64,000 nt of DNA from Bispira polyomma (GCA_965649765.1 OZ287755.1:64666001-64730000), one strand, 5' to 3'. Shown: positions 22,680-35,842, counted from the first letter of the stretch. Made by a program: numbers and translations. The notes: generated by a model not told the origin, from the letters alone.

Positions 22680-22990
22680 AAATGTAAATTTATTAACACG
22701 TTCTTTCAAAGCACTGTACAGTTTACAATCCCACCCCCGGCCTGGGTTCTTCCACTTCAACGTCAACCAATTGTTCAGTCTCAGCTCCCTCAGGAAGCAT
22801 ACTAGCTGTGCTGTGGCATGCGGCGCAAAAAGACTAAAGATACCCATTAGCGGCCAAGTAACCATTTCGGCACCTCGGTGTAAAGCACCTTGTCCAAGAA
22901 AACAATCTTCAGGCCTGCAGCTTGGATTGAACCAGGACCCTAGTATCCCTCAGATAGGCAAGACACTCTAACGGCTAGGCCACAGAGGCC
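22680..22990 (-). mobile_element. tRNA-SINE family A
   Basis: Reverse-strand A-box TGGCCTAGCCG, B-box GGTTCAATCC, same body as 5907-6223. Confidence 0.85.
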
Positions 22991-23029
22991 ATTTGTACAA
23001 TTAAAACTTCTTTCCTGCAGATATAAAGT

Positions 23030-23255
23030 GGCCACATTGGCCTACTTGCTAGAAGTGCTGGCTAAATTTCACTGTTCTCTCTCCCCAATATGGGCTCAAA
23101 TCCTGTTTGTTCCTTCACGTCGGAAAAATATTGTCAGGTACTTGCCGTTGGTCGGAGGGTTACAGTGTGGCTTCAGCACTGCTTTCTTTGACCTTCGAAT
23201 CGGGGTGTCGCAATGTGATCAAATCTGATGTAAGCTACTTAAAACGAAATTCAAT
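23030..23255 (+). mobile_element. tRNA-SINE family B
   Basis: Collinear with 42141-42375 (CAGGTACTTGCCG..GGCTTCAGCACTG). Confidence 0.8.
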
Positions 23256-24087
23256 ATGGTTTTGTTTTGTTTTTTTATTATATAGACATAAGTAACAAAA
23301 TGTCACAGCCCCCAAATTGCATGGACTTAAAGTTCACTTTGGTTTATATTATTCCTAACAGTAGTTATTATAACATGACATTAATATTTCAAGGTATTGT
23401 TTTTCTTGTTTTATTGATTTTTTTACTCGTGTACTTGATAATGATCACAGTAAATTGACACACAACATAATAAATATGTTGAAACAATAGAAATTTGAAA
23501 AAAAAAATGTTGAAATTGCCTTCTCTGTTTCAACTGATCATATTAGAGTTTTAGGCGGTCAAGAACAGCTTAAAAATATCGTAATTAGCGAATGATAAGA
23601 AACTGATGTGGGGTGTTCACATTATGACAGTTTGGTGAGGTGATAAGAGAAGTTGTGAAAATCACTTTGCAGCACGGGAACCCTTTCTACAACTTTCTTT
23701 TTCGAAACCTTCTAAAGTTGGTTGTGCAAGGCGAAAGTTTTGGCCGACCAAGACGGAAAAAGGCTGGAAAATTCTTTTGCCATTTCCAAGTATTTCCACA
23801 TCACACTACTGTACCTTTTCTGTGCCAGTAATCGTCTCTCCCATCTGTTTCCGCCTGTGAAACTTAAATAAAAAAGACAAGTTACAAGACTTTGCCCACC
23901 ATACCGCCAATTTGTACATGGCGCATTATTATTTCTGTATTATTTCTCTATTTACAGTTTTAACATAGCTTGCCAACAACAAAGTAATATATTATGACAG
24001 GCAGTTGGGTATTTTTACCTGATGTTTTAAAGTTATAAATAGATTACACATAATTGTATTAAGGCAGATAAAAGAGCCAAAGTTCTG

Positions 24088-24186
24088 TGTGTCCGAGTCT
24101 ATAAATATGTGTCTGCTACTGTCCGAGCTCGAGCCCGAGTCTGATACTGTCCGAATCTGATACTTTCCGAGTCTGATATCCGTCTA
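24088..24186 (+). repeat. Short tandem array of TCCGAGTCTGATACT-like units
   Basis: About five degenerate 15-17 bp units, followed by (TGTAAATAGT)-like repeats at 24375-24430; probably the interior of a non-autonomous element. Confidence 0.6.
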
Positions 24187-25204
24187 ATTGTATATATAAA
24201 TATTTATCCGTTGGTACAAAGTGTAAATAATAAACAAACGGGTAAAATGTATGGAACGTCTTTGGCAAATCTTTGGTGGAAATTTTCCATATAAAGGGGG
24301 AAACTGAAAAAGGGGGCCATCTTGTTTCTGCGGGTTTGATATAAGAATGTGTCGATAGGTTTTGAGAGCAACAATGTAAATAGTTGTAAATAGCTGTATA
24401 TAATTGTAAATAGTTGCAAATGGTTGTATGTACAAATATAGCTCATTAAAAAACTGTTTTATAAAAATCTATTTAAGAAAGTGCACGATTAATAATCATC
24501 CCCCCCAGGAAAGAACAATATTATAAATATCCAGTAGATAATAAATCTCGTGCTGAGCCATAGCAAGGCTATTAAACAAAAATACGTTGTGTTGTTATTT
24601 TTACCTTCAAAATATTTACAAATTTGAAGCAAAAATACACAAATATGTTTTTAAAGAGGAAACCTGACAAAAAAGTGCAAGCCAATGTGTTTTTATAACC
24701 AAACACATATGTCATGTATGTACTGCTACTCACACATAATTGCTTTGACTAAAAACAATACAAGTTTAGAGTTTGTTTATTTATAAAATTCAATACTCTC
24801 TCAACAACCTTCAAGATTTCAGCAGGCTTTTTTTAGGATTTGTGTGGTGTGTGTATGTATACATGTATATATAGATATATCCTGAATGCTAGCCTGGTAT
24901 AAGGCCCTAATTTCCTTAACGACTAAATATTTAGCTACATAGTTTAGGCTTTGCCCCAAGTTCCGTTCATGACCTTGGCTAAGAAACAGTTGGCCGATCA
25001 AGGTGATATAATGCAACTTACAATTCGCATTGTACATAAACATAGTCCGCCTCGATGTAGGGGAGACTTTATCGATCACCCCGCCACATACAAGGCGCAT
25101 TTTAAAGCCACCTCTAACTTCACTCAAACTTGTTCTCTGTGCATTCTTTTCACGATTGCTTAAAAAAACTAAAAAAAAGTTGTTTAACATTGCTTTTGAA
25201 CACA

Positions 25205-26730
25205 TGCTGTGTCATATCATGATGGGCAGTTCACTGGTGGACGAAATCAGAACAGGGTTCGATTCGAACCCATGGTGGCAGTCTTTTGGGGTGAGAGTGT
25301 TACTGTTGGAGCCCAACTTCCGATTTGGCCAATCTTAAGATGGGCTATAGCCCAACTTAGGATCCTAAGTTTGGTAGCCTATCTTAAGATGGGTCAGCCC
25401 ATCTTAAGATTGGCCAGGAAAACTAGCCAAACTTAAGATTGGATTCAACTTGAGATCTTAAATGTTTAAAATGTATAATAATTAATTCACATTATGATCA
25501 TTCAATGTTAATTTTAATATAATGACAGGTTTAAAGTTTATTATTAAATGTTCCAGTTATTGCTTGTTTTGCTCATAAATTTACATTTATAATGTATGTT
25601 TTCTATGAGTGTAATTCTCTTTTCAAATTGCCCTAAATTGCTGTAAGGTTACAATAAGCTTATCTTTTCACTGTGCCTTTTTGATAGGTTTAAAATTCAT
25701 TATTTAAAATTCATTGTTAATTTTTCATAACTATTCCTTAAAATATATTGCTTGTTTTAATGCTGAATTTATAATGTATGTTTCTGTCACTAATTCTCTA
25801 TTAAGAACTGCCCCAATTTGCTGTAAGATCACGATTAGCTTATCTTTTCATTATGCCTTTTTCACAGATGAATTCAAGAAACCTTGAAATAATGGGAAGC
25901 CAGGTATAGTTTGATTTTTTGCAAGTACTAGATCTGTGAATAACTGGATTTAATGTTAGTAATCATGTCTATCTTTTCATCATTGAAATTAAATAGGAAG
26001 CCACCACTATAAGTTGATTTGTTTGACCCAACTGGATGTGTGACTAAACTGGCAATCATGTCCACCCTTTGAGTAATCAAATCAAACAGGAAGCCATGAC
26101 CAAATGTTGATTTGTTTGACCTAACTGGATGTGTGATTAAATAGCTTAACTGGCTTTAGTGTTGGGTAATCATGTCCACCCTTTGAATAATGAAATAGGA
26201 AGCCACAGCTCTAAGTTGATTTGTTTCTTCTAACTGGATGTATGATTAGGCAGTTAACTGGCTTTAGTGTTGGTAATCAGGTCCACCAATAGAAGAGTGA
26301 CTAAATGCTAAATATTAATAATATTACAATTTTTTAAAATAAATTAAAAATACTGAATACATAATAATAATAATATCTTTTTATGTTTGTTTATACAAAA
26401 TATAGTTTGTGTGCTATGTAAATTTTGTAGCCAGTTTAAAGAGTAAGAGAAAAGTCACTGAAATGTAATTTTATAAATATCTTTTTATATTCTATTATAG
26501 TATGTTCCTGTATACAAAATCTCAAGTTATGCTAGTTTTGCATTTTAATCCAATCTCAAGTTGGGCTGGTTTTCCTGGCCAATCTTAAGTTGGGCTAGCC
26601 CATCTTAAGATGGGCTGACCCATCTTAAGATAGGCTGCCAAACTTAGGATCCTAAGTTGGGCTATAGCCCATCTTAAGATTGGCCAAATCGGAAGTTGGG
26701 CTCCAACATTACCACTACACCACCGATGCC
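25205..26730 (-). mobile_element. tRNA-SINE split in its A-box region by a DNA element
   Basis: The rejoined reverse strand reads GGCATCGGTGGTGTAGTGGTAACACTCTCAC...GGGTTCGAATC, giving A- and B-boxes. Confidence 0.75.
25304..26708. mobile_element. Non-autonomous DNA transposon with long TIRs (TGT...ACA), 4-bp TSD TTAC; Ginger-like
   Basis: TGTTGGAGCCCAACTTCCGATTTGGCCAATCTTAAG.. and its near-perfect inverse match over >100 bp. TTAC occurs at 25300-25303 and 26709-26712. The interior is AT-rich and non-coding, with tandem repeats. Confidence 0.9.
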
Positions 26731-26884
26731 TTGTCCATACAACTACACATGCTGCATCTATATACATGTACCAATAACTAAATTGTAATATTTGTTAAAG
26801 CGAGACATGTTCTAAAATGCAACAACTGAAAAACAAATAAAAAAATCATGTGTCCTAAAACACAGTCTGGGGCGTTATTAGTAG

Positions 26885-27000
26885 GTTATTTCACATGTTC
26901 ACATCTTGTCCAAAGGATGTTATCACACCACTGAACCTAGCAACATTAGTGAAGTCGAACCGGGGGACCTCCTGCTCACCAGACTAACTCTCTAACCACG
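26885..27000 (-). mobile_element. tRNA-SINE family C fragment
   Basis: Reverse strand GTGGTTAGAGAGTTAGTCTGGTGAGCAG..GGTTCGACTTC..GATAACATCCTTTGGACAAGATGTGAACA; matches 33660-33835 and 41420-41535. Confidence 0.7.
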
Positions 27001-29214
27001 ATATGATTACATTATTCTATGTAGATATTGCTATGTTTTACTTTGTAAATTAAGGAATAACACATGACCAAACCATGATATACGGTAATTGTACCATGAT
27101 TAGTGGCATAGTACTAACGTTAAAATATGTTATCCGCATATAACATGCCAAATCAAAAAATTACGTGAATTCCACTGTATTTAGTGGAATATTATATGTT
27201 ACTGGAAGTACACTACAAACGAAATTAGTCTACCTGTATATACGCTAAATTTTTATCGAAGCTTTTGGACAAATTTGTATCGCTGAGACAGCCGTGTTGT
27301 GTTAGAAGTAAGCTTGATAAACTTACACCTTAAGCAAGGCTAAACTCAATACCAGACAAATTGGGAGGGGGTTGTGGTGGGGGGGGGGGGGGGTGTATAT
27401 CCCTCCTCTTACCGAAGCCATAGTAATAATGTCTGGTGGGATTTTTTCCTCCTCTCCAGAATCCAATGTTTTGCTTTCCCTTGACACTGGGTCCAAATAT
27501 ACTAAATTTAATCCGGGGAGAAATTCAGATCAAAGGATTTTTTCTAAAGAAAAAGCCACCATATACCTCCATCCACACCCATTACCATCTTGTCAACAAG
27601 GCTTTAAATTGACTAGCAATTACATGCGGTTTAACGCTGTTCTTGGAAATTATGTGGTATTGGGTTTTATCAAAAGTTCTGGACTAGGATGCACACACAC
27701 AAAAAAAAAAAAATCTATTTTTAAGCTGAAAATCAAATGTATACATAAACAGTGGAGTTTCAAGTTTAGTTTCACCCTAATGTATGTAGACTTTTGTTTG
27801 AGAATACAAATAAAAGTATATAATTTTAAGATTGAGTTTAAGTATTTTTATGATGACTACCAGCCCCTGTGCCCCTGTGTAAGTTTTTAGTATTTCTCAA
27901 GCTGGACTTAGACTCGAATCTGAGGTCACAATTATCTCTGACTAGAGTAAAGTCAAGTACAATCTGAATGCATATTTGAATTCAGTGTTGAAAACTCTTC
28001 TAAAATGAATGTTTACAAGTACAGATTATTTCTATTTACAGTAGCTACAGACATTGAGTTGAGTCTGAGTTTGACCTTACGTTCTTGTGAAGAATACTTT
28101 CAGTTCTGGTGTAAGTTTAAAAGTGTTTGCATGTGTGTGGGATTTTCCACCCATTTTTTAAATAGAGAAATGTAGGTTCTGAGTTTTTCTTTATATTTAA
28201 AAGAACTCTCATGATTTTCTGATAGTGTGTATGTCCCCCCACTGAGCCCCAAGTCAGAAATCATTGACAATAATCAACCTTGAAGACAACAAACACATTC
28301 TATATATAACACCGCAGTGAAGTCAGTATATATGAAATACAATAGCTTTGTTATCACACGGAAATATGTGAACATTATTCCTGCCCTAATGTGATAGACT
28401 TGTTGTGGTTATATTTCAAAAGCTGCCTGTCCCATTTAAACGATGGTAAAGCCCGAACTTAGCCCTATGTATTCATACACGCAGATTTCTGACAGGCGAT
28501 TTCTCAGTTAAACGATGGCCGGATCTCGATATTTAGAAAATCAAATTTTGCTCAATACCTTGCACATTTATACAATTTTTCCTCCAAATTTGGATGTTGG
28601 ATTTGGGTGTCGCAAATAGCAAGGAGAAACAGTAAATATAAATTTATAAAGAAATAAAAATTTGCTGTCATATATCAGCCGTTTGTTGTCTGTACAATAT
28701 CGAGGTCGAAAGGGTTAATTCAGAAGCTGCCACTGTAACAATCACTTGGCTCACACCTCTGAGGCTTGGGCTTCGAATCCTATTTACTGGCTCCCTTGTG
28801 TGAGTAACCATTCCAGCTACTTTCCACAGGTGGTCAGTGGTTCAAAGTACAGACATATATTCCTAAAATATATAAAGGAATATACTTCCTGCCAGAAATA
28901 CATTTCACCATAGTCCTAATAAGACTAGCTTGGATTTAGGCTCAAGGTTTTGTCAGAAAATCTTATTTGATTTAGAACTATATGTAATTAGTATTATCTA
29001 TCAATTTTATATAGCACAATGAATATATGTTTTAAATTATATTTAGACAGGTGCATACATTTTATTTGTCAAAACTTTAATCTTGCCTAGGCAGATTTTA
29101 AATCCGCCAAGGCAAGATTAAAATTCTACTAGACAAACTCAGAAAATTTTAATTCCGCCTTGGCGAAATCACAAATTTAAATTTGGCCTATGACATATAT
29201 ATATATAAAGTACA

Positions 29215-29530
29215 TCACCAATATTAAGGTTTTTTCTTTGCTACCATTTGCATCTTCTAAAGTGGAACAACAGAATCGGTTAACCAATAGAGAAGTCCAA
29301 AAAAATAGCAAACTCATAAGGAAGGATGTGGGGTGTACAAGGAGAGACCTAAAAGAGGGGTTGGCGAGTTTGAAGAGTTGGGTTTTGAGCTTTTTTCTAA
29401 AAACCAGAAATTGTTTCAAGTGATCCAAGCTCAACAGAGATGCTGTCCCACAACAAAGAGATAGCAATAGAAAAAGTTCTAGATCCAGCAGTCTTGGTAG
29501 GTTTTACAGAGCAAACAGACAATATAGAAA
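29215..29530 (-). mobile_element. Old L2 3' end
   Basis: FRKKLKTQLFKLANP and tail GATTCTGTTGTTCCACTTTAGAAGATGC; same tail type as the 18-21 kb LINE. Confidence 0.8.
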
Positions 29531-32019
29531 TACACAAAGACACAACATTTTGTTAGAGATATCTCCAAGTTGAAGTGTTGTGTAGGGATTTTTATATATT
29601 ATCTTACTTCAAATTTGTTGTACCGTCGTTGCAGTGGCCGATGTATGAAGTTCTTTAATCTTGCTGAAGCTGATTTGTAAAGGCAAGGCATGCATGCCAG
29701 ACTAAACATTTGTAGTGGTAATTTATACCCCTTATCTAAAGAAAGGCTATTTAACAATAACAAGTTTTGTCGCTCTTCCCTTTCAGAGAAGTGTGAAACT
29801 GGAGAATTGTGCACGCCTTTTCAACCTGTAAAGCAACAACGAAAATAAAGCTTCACCAGAAAACACTGATTTCTTGTTTATCTTTTTTTATCATATTCTG
29901 GTGTAAACACACAAAAAATATATAGGATAAATCTTGTACCTGGTAATTTGTAATGTTATATCATTGCTATCTAGACATTCTCTATCAAAAACTACATGTT
30001 AGATTACTTACTGGTAATCTATAGAAACGTCAAATCTCGTCATACTCTCGCGATAGTGTTCAATTCACGCGTGATCAACGCCTGCCATCTTCTATTAGTA
30101 CCAGACATGATATAGTTTGTCTGTTATAGTGTATATATTTGATTCAATGTTATCTCATCCAACCACATTTCTTTTACACAAATTGAGCCATTCACTGTGC
30201 ATCATTGGGAATACACGATAAAAGGTTAGAGCAGCATTCTTACAATTGTCATTTTTTTCCACTTTTTGCATTGTTCATAAACTGATGGAGAAACAGTTAA
30301 ATAAAATGATTTTAAAATTTGTCAGTCAGACAGATGTAAACTTATCTCGTGGAATAACAGACAAACATTTTAAATAGAAACTATATGATTTGGAAAATTT
30401 AGCTGGTAGGAAGTCAAACTAATTTTACAACTGCTGAAAAGTTCACTGGTATTTGTATTATTATTGTATTATTAACTATTGGTATTTGTATTAGCTAAAA
30501 ATATGAATTCAAAGGTCTTATTTTCACTGTCAATTAATTTCCTTATCCCCTTAACTTATTATTAGCTCAAGTTCCTTGTAAAGATTTCCACTTATACGGC
30601 TAGAAATTTTGACATCCATAACAAATCATTTGAATTAAAACACAGTTTGTGTAAAACGTTGACAGTTGCAAGTAATTAATAATAATGATGTGGTTATACA
30701 GCCATAATTGTGTAAATGACACCCAAGATGAGAAAAAAAAAAACATCACGTGACTTCAAATATTTTAATTGAGCAACAATGATAAATTCCTATACCCTTC
30801 CCAGTATATGTAGATAATTTATATTGTATTGTCATAGAAACCCAGCATATGGTGAGCAATATATCTTTGATGGCATACAAACTAATCAATTATCAGTAAA
30901 TGGTCCAGAATCGAAAGCTGTTGTTTTTTTCTTAATGCTATCAATTAAACCTAAGTTTCCATGCAGGAGACTGCTGACTGACGACATCTGCACTGGCAAG
31001 AATACCGTAGGCTGATTCCATTTTAGCTATTCAGCTCTACATATAATAAAAATTATATTATTCCTGATGAAACTTTAAATTTGTGTATTAATATCTTTAT
31101 GAACTAAACATTGGCATATGATTATATAAAGTAATTCCAGTGAATTTCTTTTACAACAGTAATCTTAAATTAGTTAAATATTCAACAACTATACAAAACA
31201 GTATTTGAAGAACATGCACAGCATGAGGTGTTGATTTAAAACACGTGCATCCATTTACAGTTTGAACTTGTCACTTTTATAATTAGTGAAAGAAGGCAAC
31301 CATTTTAGAAAGCAACCCATTTATTGTGGTTGAGGTTACTTCAATATAGACATTTATTAAGATGTTTGACATCTATCATTTATCAAAGGATGATTATTTA
31401 TATTTTATATCCTCGAAGCTTCACTACTACACAATGGTGTTTTAACTACATATTTGGACTTATTTGTAATAGTTGATTTCTACAACGTGTTTTAGGGTTT
31501 AACTGCCAGCAAGTCATTTCAAGTCCAAAGTGAAGTTTTAAAAGGTTAGCTAGAATCGTTGCTGACAGAAATAGATTTAAAAAAAAACGGCTAGCATCCC
31601 ATGGTAGGAGGAGTCTGCCGATAAAATTGTTAATATGACCACACGTAATACATTGGTGATCAGGAGGGCCTGTATACGACTGTCTGTTGATTATTAAAGA
31701 AAACAACCATTTGAAAATATTAAGTGTATGTACACATTTATGCAGCCTCCAATATTAGATGTCAGTTTTGCGAGAACGATTTTTTCTCTCCTCATATTTT
31801 TTTGTTCATTTGTTTACATGTATCGGACTGTGAATTGCAAAGCACGATTAGCTGGTTTGAAAATTTTCGGTCCAGGAGCGAAGACATCCGGTGAGAATAA
31901 AAAATCGCACTGTTTTTCATTTATATATAGCTGGGTAGGGGGGAAGGAGGAGGGATCGAAACATAGTACTTCGCAGATCGGATGTCCCATATCGGAGGCC
32001 ATGTACATGTGTACATACA

Positions 32020-32187
32020 CTTAGAAATGTAATGGAGTACATCTTATATCTGTAATAAAGAAATGTAATATAATAATGTAATGAAATACATCTAAAATGT
32101 GTAATTTAGAAATGTAACATAATGTAATGCAGATATCTGAAATCTGTAATTTAGAAATGCAATATAATGTAATGAAGACATCTGAAT
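32020..32187. repeat. ~45-bp AT-rich minisatellite, ~3.5 units
   Basis: Repeated TTAGAAATGTAA.ATAATGTAATG.A.A.ATCT.AAA.T.TGTAAT. Confidence 0.8.
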
Positions 32188-32202
32188 CACGTGCTATATA
32201 AG

Positions 32203-32735
32203 CCAGCATCCCACATAGGCGACAAAAATGCATGACAGTGTTGCAATAATTTGTTGGTGATTGTCTCTGTTGTTCATGTGCAGTCGCCTTAAACAAACAC
32301 ATGAAACGTTGCCTTCCAATGCCATCGTTGAGATTGTAGGACGCCAGCCAGGGGACACAGATGGGACAGCCATGAGACCACAGTGAGACAACATTGAGAC
32401 AACGATGGAACAGCGGTATGACAAATGGCTGCAGATAGCGATTTTGGGTTGCAGGACAGTGATAAGACAACTGATAGGCATAAGCAGGATTTTGGTACTA
32501 CAGTGTCTCTTTTATGTTTACCGCTTGTTGCCCATCGTCACCTACCTTGATTGATTTGGTAACATTAGATGACACAAAAAGATACAATGACATTCTATGA
32601 ATGTGACAGAGCAACGACTTCAAAGACAATTATGAGACAACAAGATGTTTTTCTCCAAATTGTCGCCTCAAAGGGTTGGTGTGACTCGGAAATTTGAACA
32701 ACAATCGCGTGGAGGTGATTACTGGAGAAAACCAA
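32203..32735 (+). repeat. Interspersed repeat homologous to 8615-8875 (longer version)
   Basis: Same shared blocks as listed for 8615-8875. Confidence 0.6.
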
Positions 32736-32832
32736 GAAAAAGCCACGAATCCATGCAAGTGAACATGCAGTTATTACCAACAAAGATGAAAACATTATAC
32801 CCACAGCAAATCGTATTAATATGATCAATGGT

Positions 32833-32878
32833 ATTGCTTATAAATTGCTTATAAATTGCTTATAAATTGCTTATAAAT
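32833..32878. repeat. (ATTGCTTATAA)x4 tandem repeat
   Basis: Four perfect 11-bp units. Confidence 0.95.
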
Positions 32879-33101
32879 TTATCGATGTTATGTCTGTTTA
32901 GTTGGTCAGAAATTTTTTGTGCTACAGCTTTCTCGATAACTTTAGAGACAAAGTTGAGGTTTGACACTGGTCTGTAGTTTTTGAGCTGGTTCTTATCAAG
33001 CCCTGGTTTGATCTACCTACCTACCTTACTATTAGAGCATAGAGTTCTTATAGATGATATAATCAGTAAGAATTGTGCTTAACAGCATGTTTGGAGCCTT
33101 T

Positions 33102-33363
33102 TTTTTTTTTTTTAATTTGGATAAGTAACGTCCACTCTAGTACCTGTTTAGGTTATATTGGGACGGGTAGTTGGAAACACTGGAGGAAACACTGCATACA
33201 GTTGATCAAGATTCTGCACTGAACCATCGTCCTACAGTAAGGAACTGCCACCTTTCCCACATAGGCATCGGCAGGAATCGAACGCATGCCAGCCGATCTC
33301 AGATGTGAGAGACCAGTGATTAGGAAGTGCAATGCTTGCTAACCACTAGGCCACCACGGCGCC
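33102..33363 (-). mobile_element. Young full-length tRNA-SINE with poly(A) tail and 14-bp TSD
   Basis: Starts GGCGCCGTGGTGGCCTAGTGGTTAG, B-box GTTCGATTCC, A-tail. TGTTTGGAGCCTTT occurs at 33088-33101 and 33364-33377. Confidence 0.93.
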
Positions 33364-33429
33364 TGTTTGGAGCCTTTAATTCCACATATGCTCAATACTG
33401 TGGCTCCATGGAGATAATCAGGTTCCATG

Positions 33430-33616
33430 AATAATCAAACCTGCAAGAGAGATAGATCACCTTTATAGACAGACCACCTCTGTATAAAGGCCCCACTTTC
33501 ATTTCCTAAGACCAATGCTTAATATTATTCAACCTCTGTATAAAGACCACCTCTAGAAAAAGACCACTTTGAAGGGTAATCTTGGGTGGTCCTTATTGTA
33601 TACAAGTTCCACTGTA
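33430..33616. mobile_element. Tc1/mariner (pogo/Tigger-type) MITE remnant
   Basis: Repeated ACCACCTCT.TATAAAGACCAC motifs and a right end GTTCCACTG followed by TA. Confidence 0.65.
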
Positions 33617-33657
33617 CTAACTTCTAGTGAACTAATAACACTCATTCTTTATGCATA

Positions 33658-33975
33658 ACCCCAATGGCCTAGTGGTTAAGGAGTTGGTCTGGTGATCAGA
33701 AGACTTCTGGTTCTATTCTAGGGCGGGGGAAAGTTGCTCTGGTGATGGGAAGGTCTCTGGGTTTACTCCTGGTATGCCACTTGGTTCACTGGTGGGATAA
33801 CATCTTTGGGCAAGTTGTGAACATACCATTGCCCACACATTCCTTCATGTGGGGAAGTTTGCCCGATACTTGCCCCTAGGCCAATGCTTTACCACCTGGT
33901 TTCTTTTACCCTTAAATCTGGCCATTGCAATATGACCTCAGTGGTTGAAAGTGACATTAAATCCTGAACTAAATT
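33658..33975 (+). mobile_element. SINE family C head (partly duplicated) joined to a family B 3' half
   Basis: A-box TGGCCTAGTGG and C-type body to ~33838, then TTCCTTCATGTGGGGAAGTTT..TACTTGCC..ACCCTTAAATCTGGCC..AATATGACCT..GTTGAAAGTGACATTAAA of family B. Confidence 0.7.
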
Positions 33976-35842
33976 CAAAACTTTAAAATTTAACACGTTT
34001 CTTGCATATGTCTCTTCCATCTGTTCTTCCCAGAGAACTGTTAGCTCTATCAATACCATGGTTATAACTTTCCTAAAAAAATAACACAGTATATATGACT
34101 GTTAAAGACATAGTGTCTCTCTGGCGAACACCAATTTTTTGTTGAAATTTTTCAAAAATTTAAATTAAATTCTTTCCTCAGGTTAAAAATGATGGCACAT
34201 TTTGCCATTACACCCAGAAGACATTCCTCCACACAACAGTGTACACAATACAGCATTTATTTATCAAAGCCAATACACATGAAAATATTGATGCAACAGC
34301 AAAATGAAAACCGTTTTATGGCTTTTCAGGTGATCTGGACAGAGAGTAGTGTACAATATTCTCCTGTGACTATGTTTTGAAAATTTAAATAAAATTCTCC
34401 TTTTATTTCTTTCTCAGGGTATCAATAAGATTCAATCTGTGTTTTGGTGGTGACAAAGGGGTAGCAATCTTTAGGTGTTTTGACATGTACTTTTGTTGTA
34501 TCTACTCGAGGGGTTTCAAAGCTCATCTCACAACGTGTCACACCTTAGAAAAACACAATTAAAGAGGCTTTTCACCAGAGAAAGCCCAGACGTCAACGAA
34601 ATTTAAGATAGACCCAAAAAGTAGGGGGTGGGGTGGGACAGAGGAAGGGGAGGGGGATCATTGGGACAAGAAGATCTATGCATAAATATAAAGGACGAAA
34701 ATATGTATACAGACCTCGGCAATGAGTAAAATTGTGTTCAATTGAAGGCCAATAATAATTCTGTATCTGAAAAAAATATATGGGTAAAGAAAGTTGTAGT
34801 AAGTTTCAAAGTTATTCTTTTTTTTACATCACTGCATGCACTGAAATCGTTTCTGAAGATATAATTTTGCATTTAGTGGTTTGTAATACGAATCCATTTT
34901 GCTCTGGTGGAATAAAATAACCAACAGAATATTTCTGTGCAAATTTTAGGGTAAAATGTGTCCACTCGTAACATAACAAATTGATACACATGGCCAATAG
35001 GAAATATTTATAATAAGATTTGTCAAGTAAGTATTTTAAGACCCTTGTTTGCTGTACAATAATTCATTGTCAATCACACGAATAATTTGCTTAAAATTAA
35101 ATGTAATTGCCAAACTGTAAATATTGTTCAATAGCATTGTTCCTTTTTCCTAATTGTAAAAATATTTATGTATGTCTGCATTTGTAATACTATACCTTGC
35201 GTATGACTAAATAAACAAATAAATAAAGTTGCTGGATTGTTCAAAGTGAGAAAGAACATACAATAAACTATGTGTATAGAATAATATTATAATTACTAAA
35301 AGCTGCCCTTGCCATAGGCACGACATTAAGATGAAAACGTTCACTGTTTGTGACGTCTACAATATACAAATTAGAATGATTAAACTGACGTCACCCCTAC
35401 GTATTCATGACGTCGCTGTGACGTATGTAACAGTAGCAGAAGTCAAAATGGCGATTTTATATTTTTAAGTTAAAAAAATATACTTATACTTATGTAAATA
35501 TAAAGTAACATCAGAACAATCGTTTGTGAAACTCAAGCTTTCAATTCAATACTGTTTATATAAAATCATAGCTTGTTACTTGTGAAAAACAGAACATTCA
35601 ATGGCCAACAACATATTCATATGTTTATTGGAGAAGAGTATCAAAACTTTTTTAGGGTAGTGTAGACAAAAAGAAAAACACAAGAAGAACTACATTTTCC
35701 AATTAGCCTTGCTTGGGCCTAATATTTGTCAAAAAGTCTCATTCTCAATTGACAACTCATTCAAAGCATTATCTACTCCTATATTACCAGGTTAGGTCAT
35801 GGTTATAAACAGTAAATACCCTGGCAATATACGAGTCATTTA

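Noticed and set aside
25895-26290. Spaced repeats as a CRISPR-like array (also 45130-45244)
   Set aside because: These are degenerate tandem units without unique spacers, in eukaryotic context with no cas genes.
27372-27890. 172-aa ORF
   Set aside because: Non-ATG start, low-complexity G and A runs, no domain similarity and no convincing splice signals.
28690-28720. piggyBac-like end TTAACCCTTTCGAC (inverted here, direct at 43571)
   Set aside because: The two ends face away from each other and I found no partner end for either, so no element can be delimited.
31060-31075. CTGATGA hammerhead core
   Set aside because: No flanking stems or properly placed GAAA and cleavage triplet.
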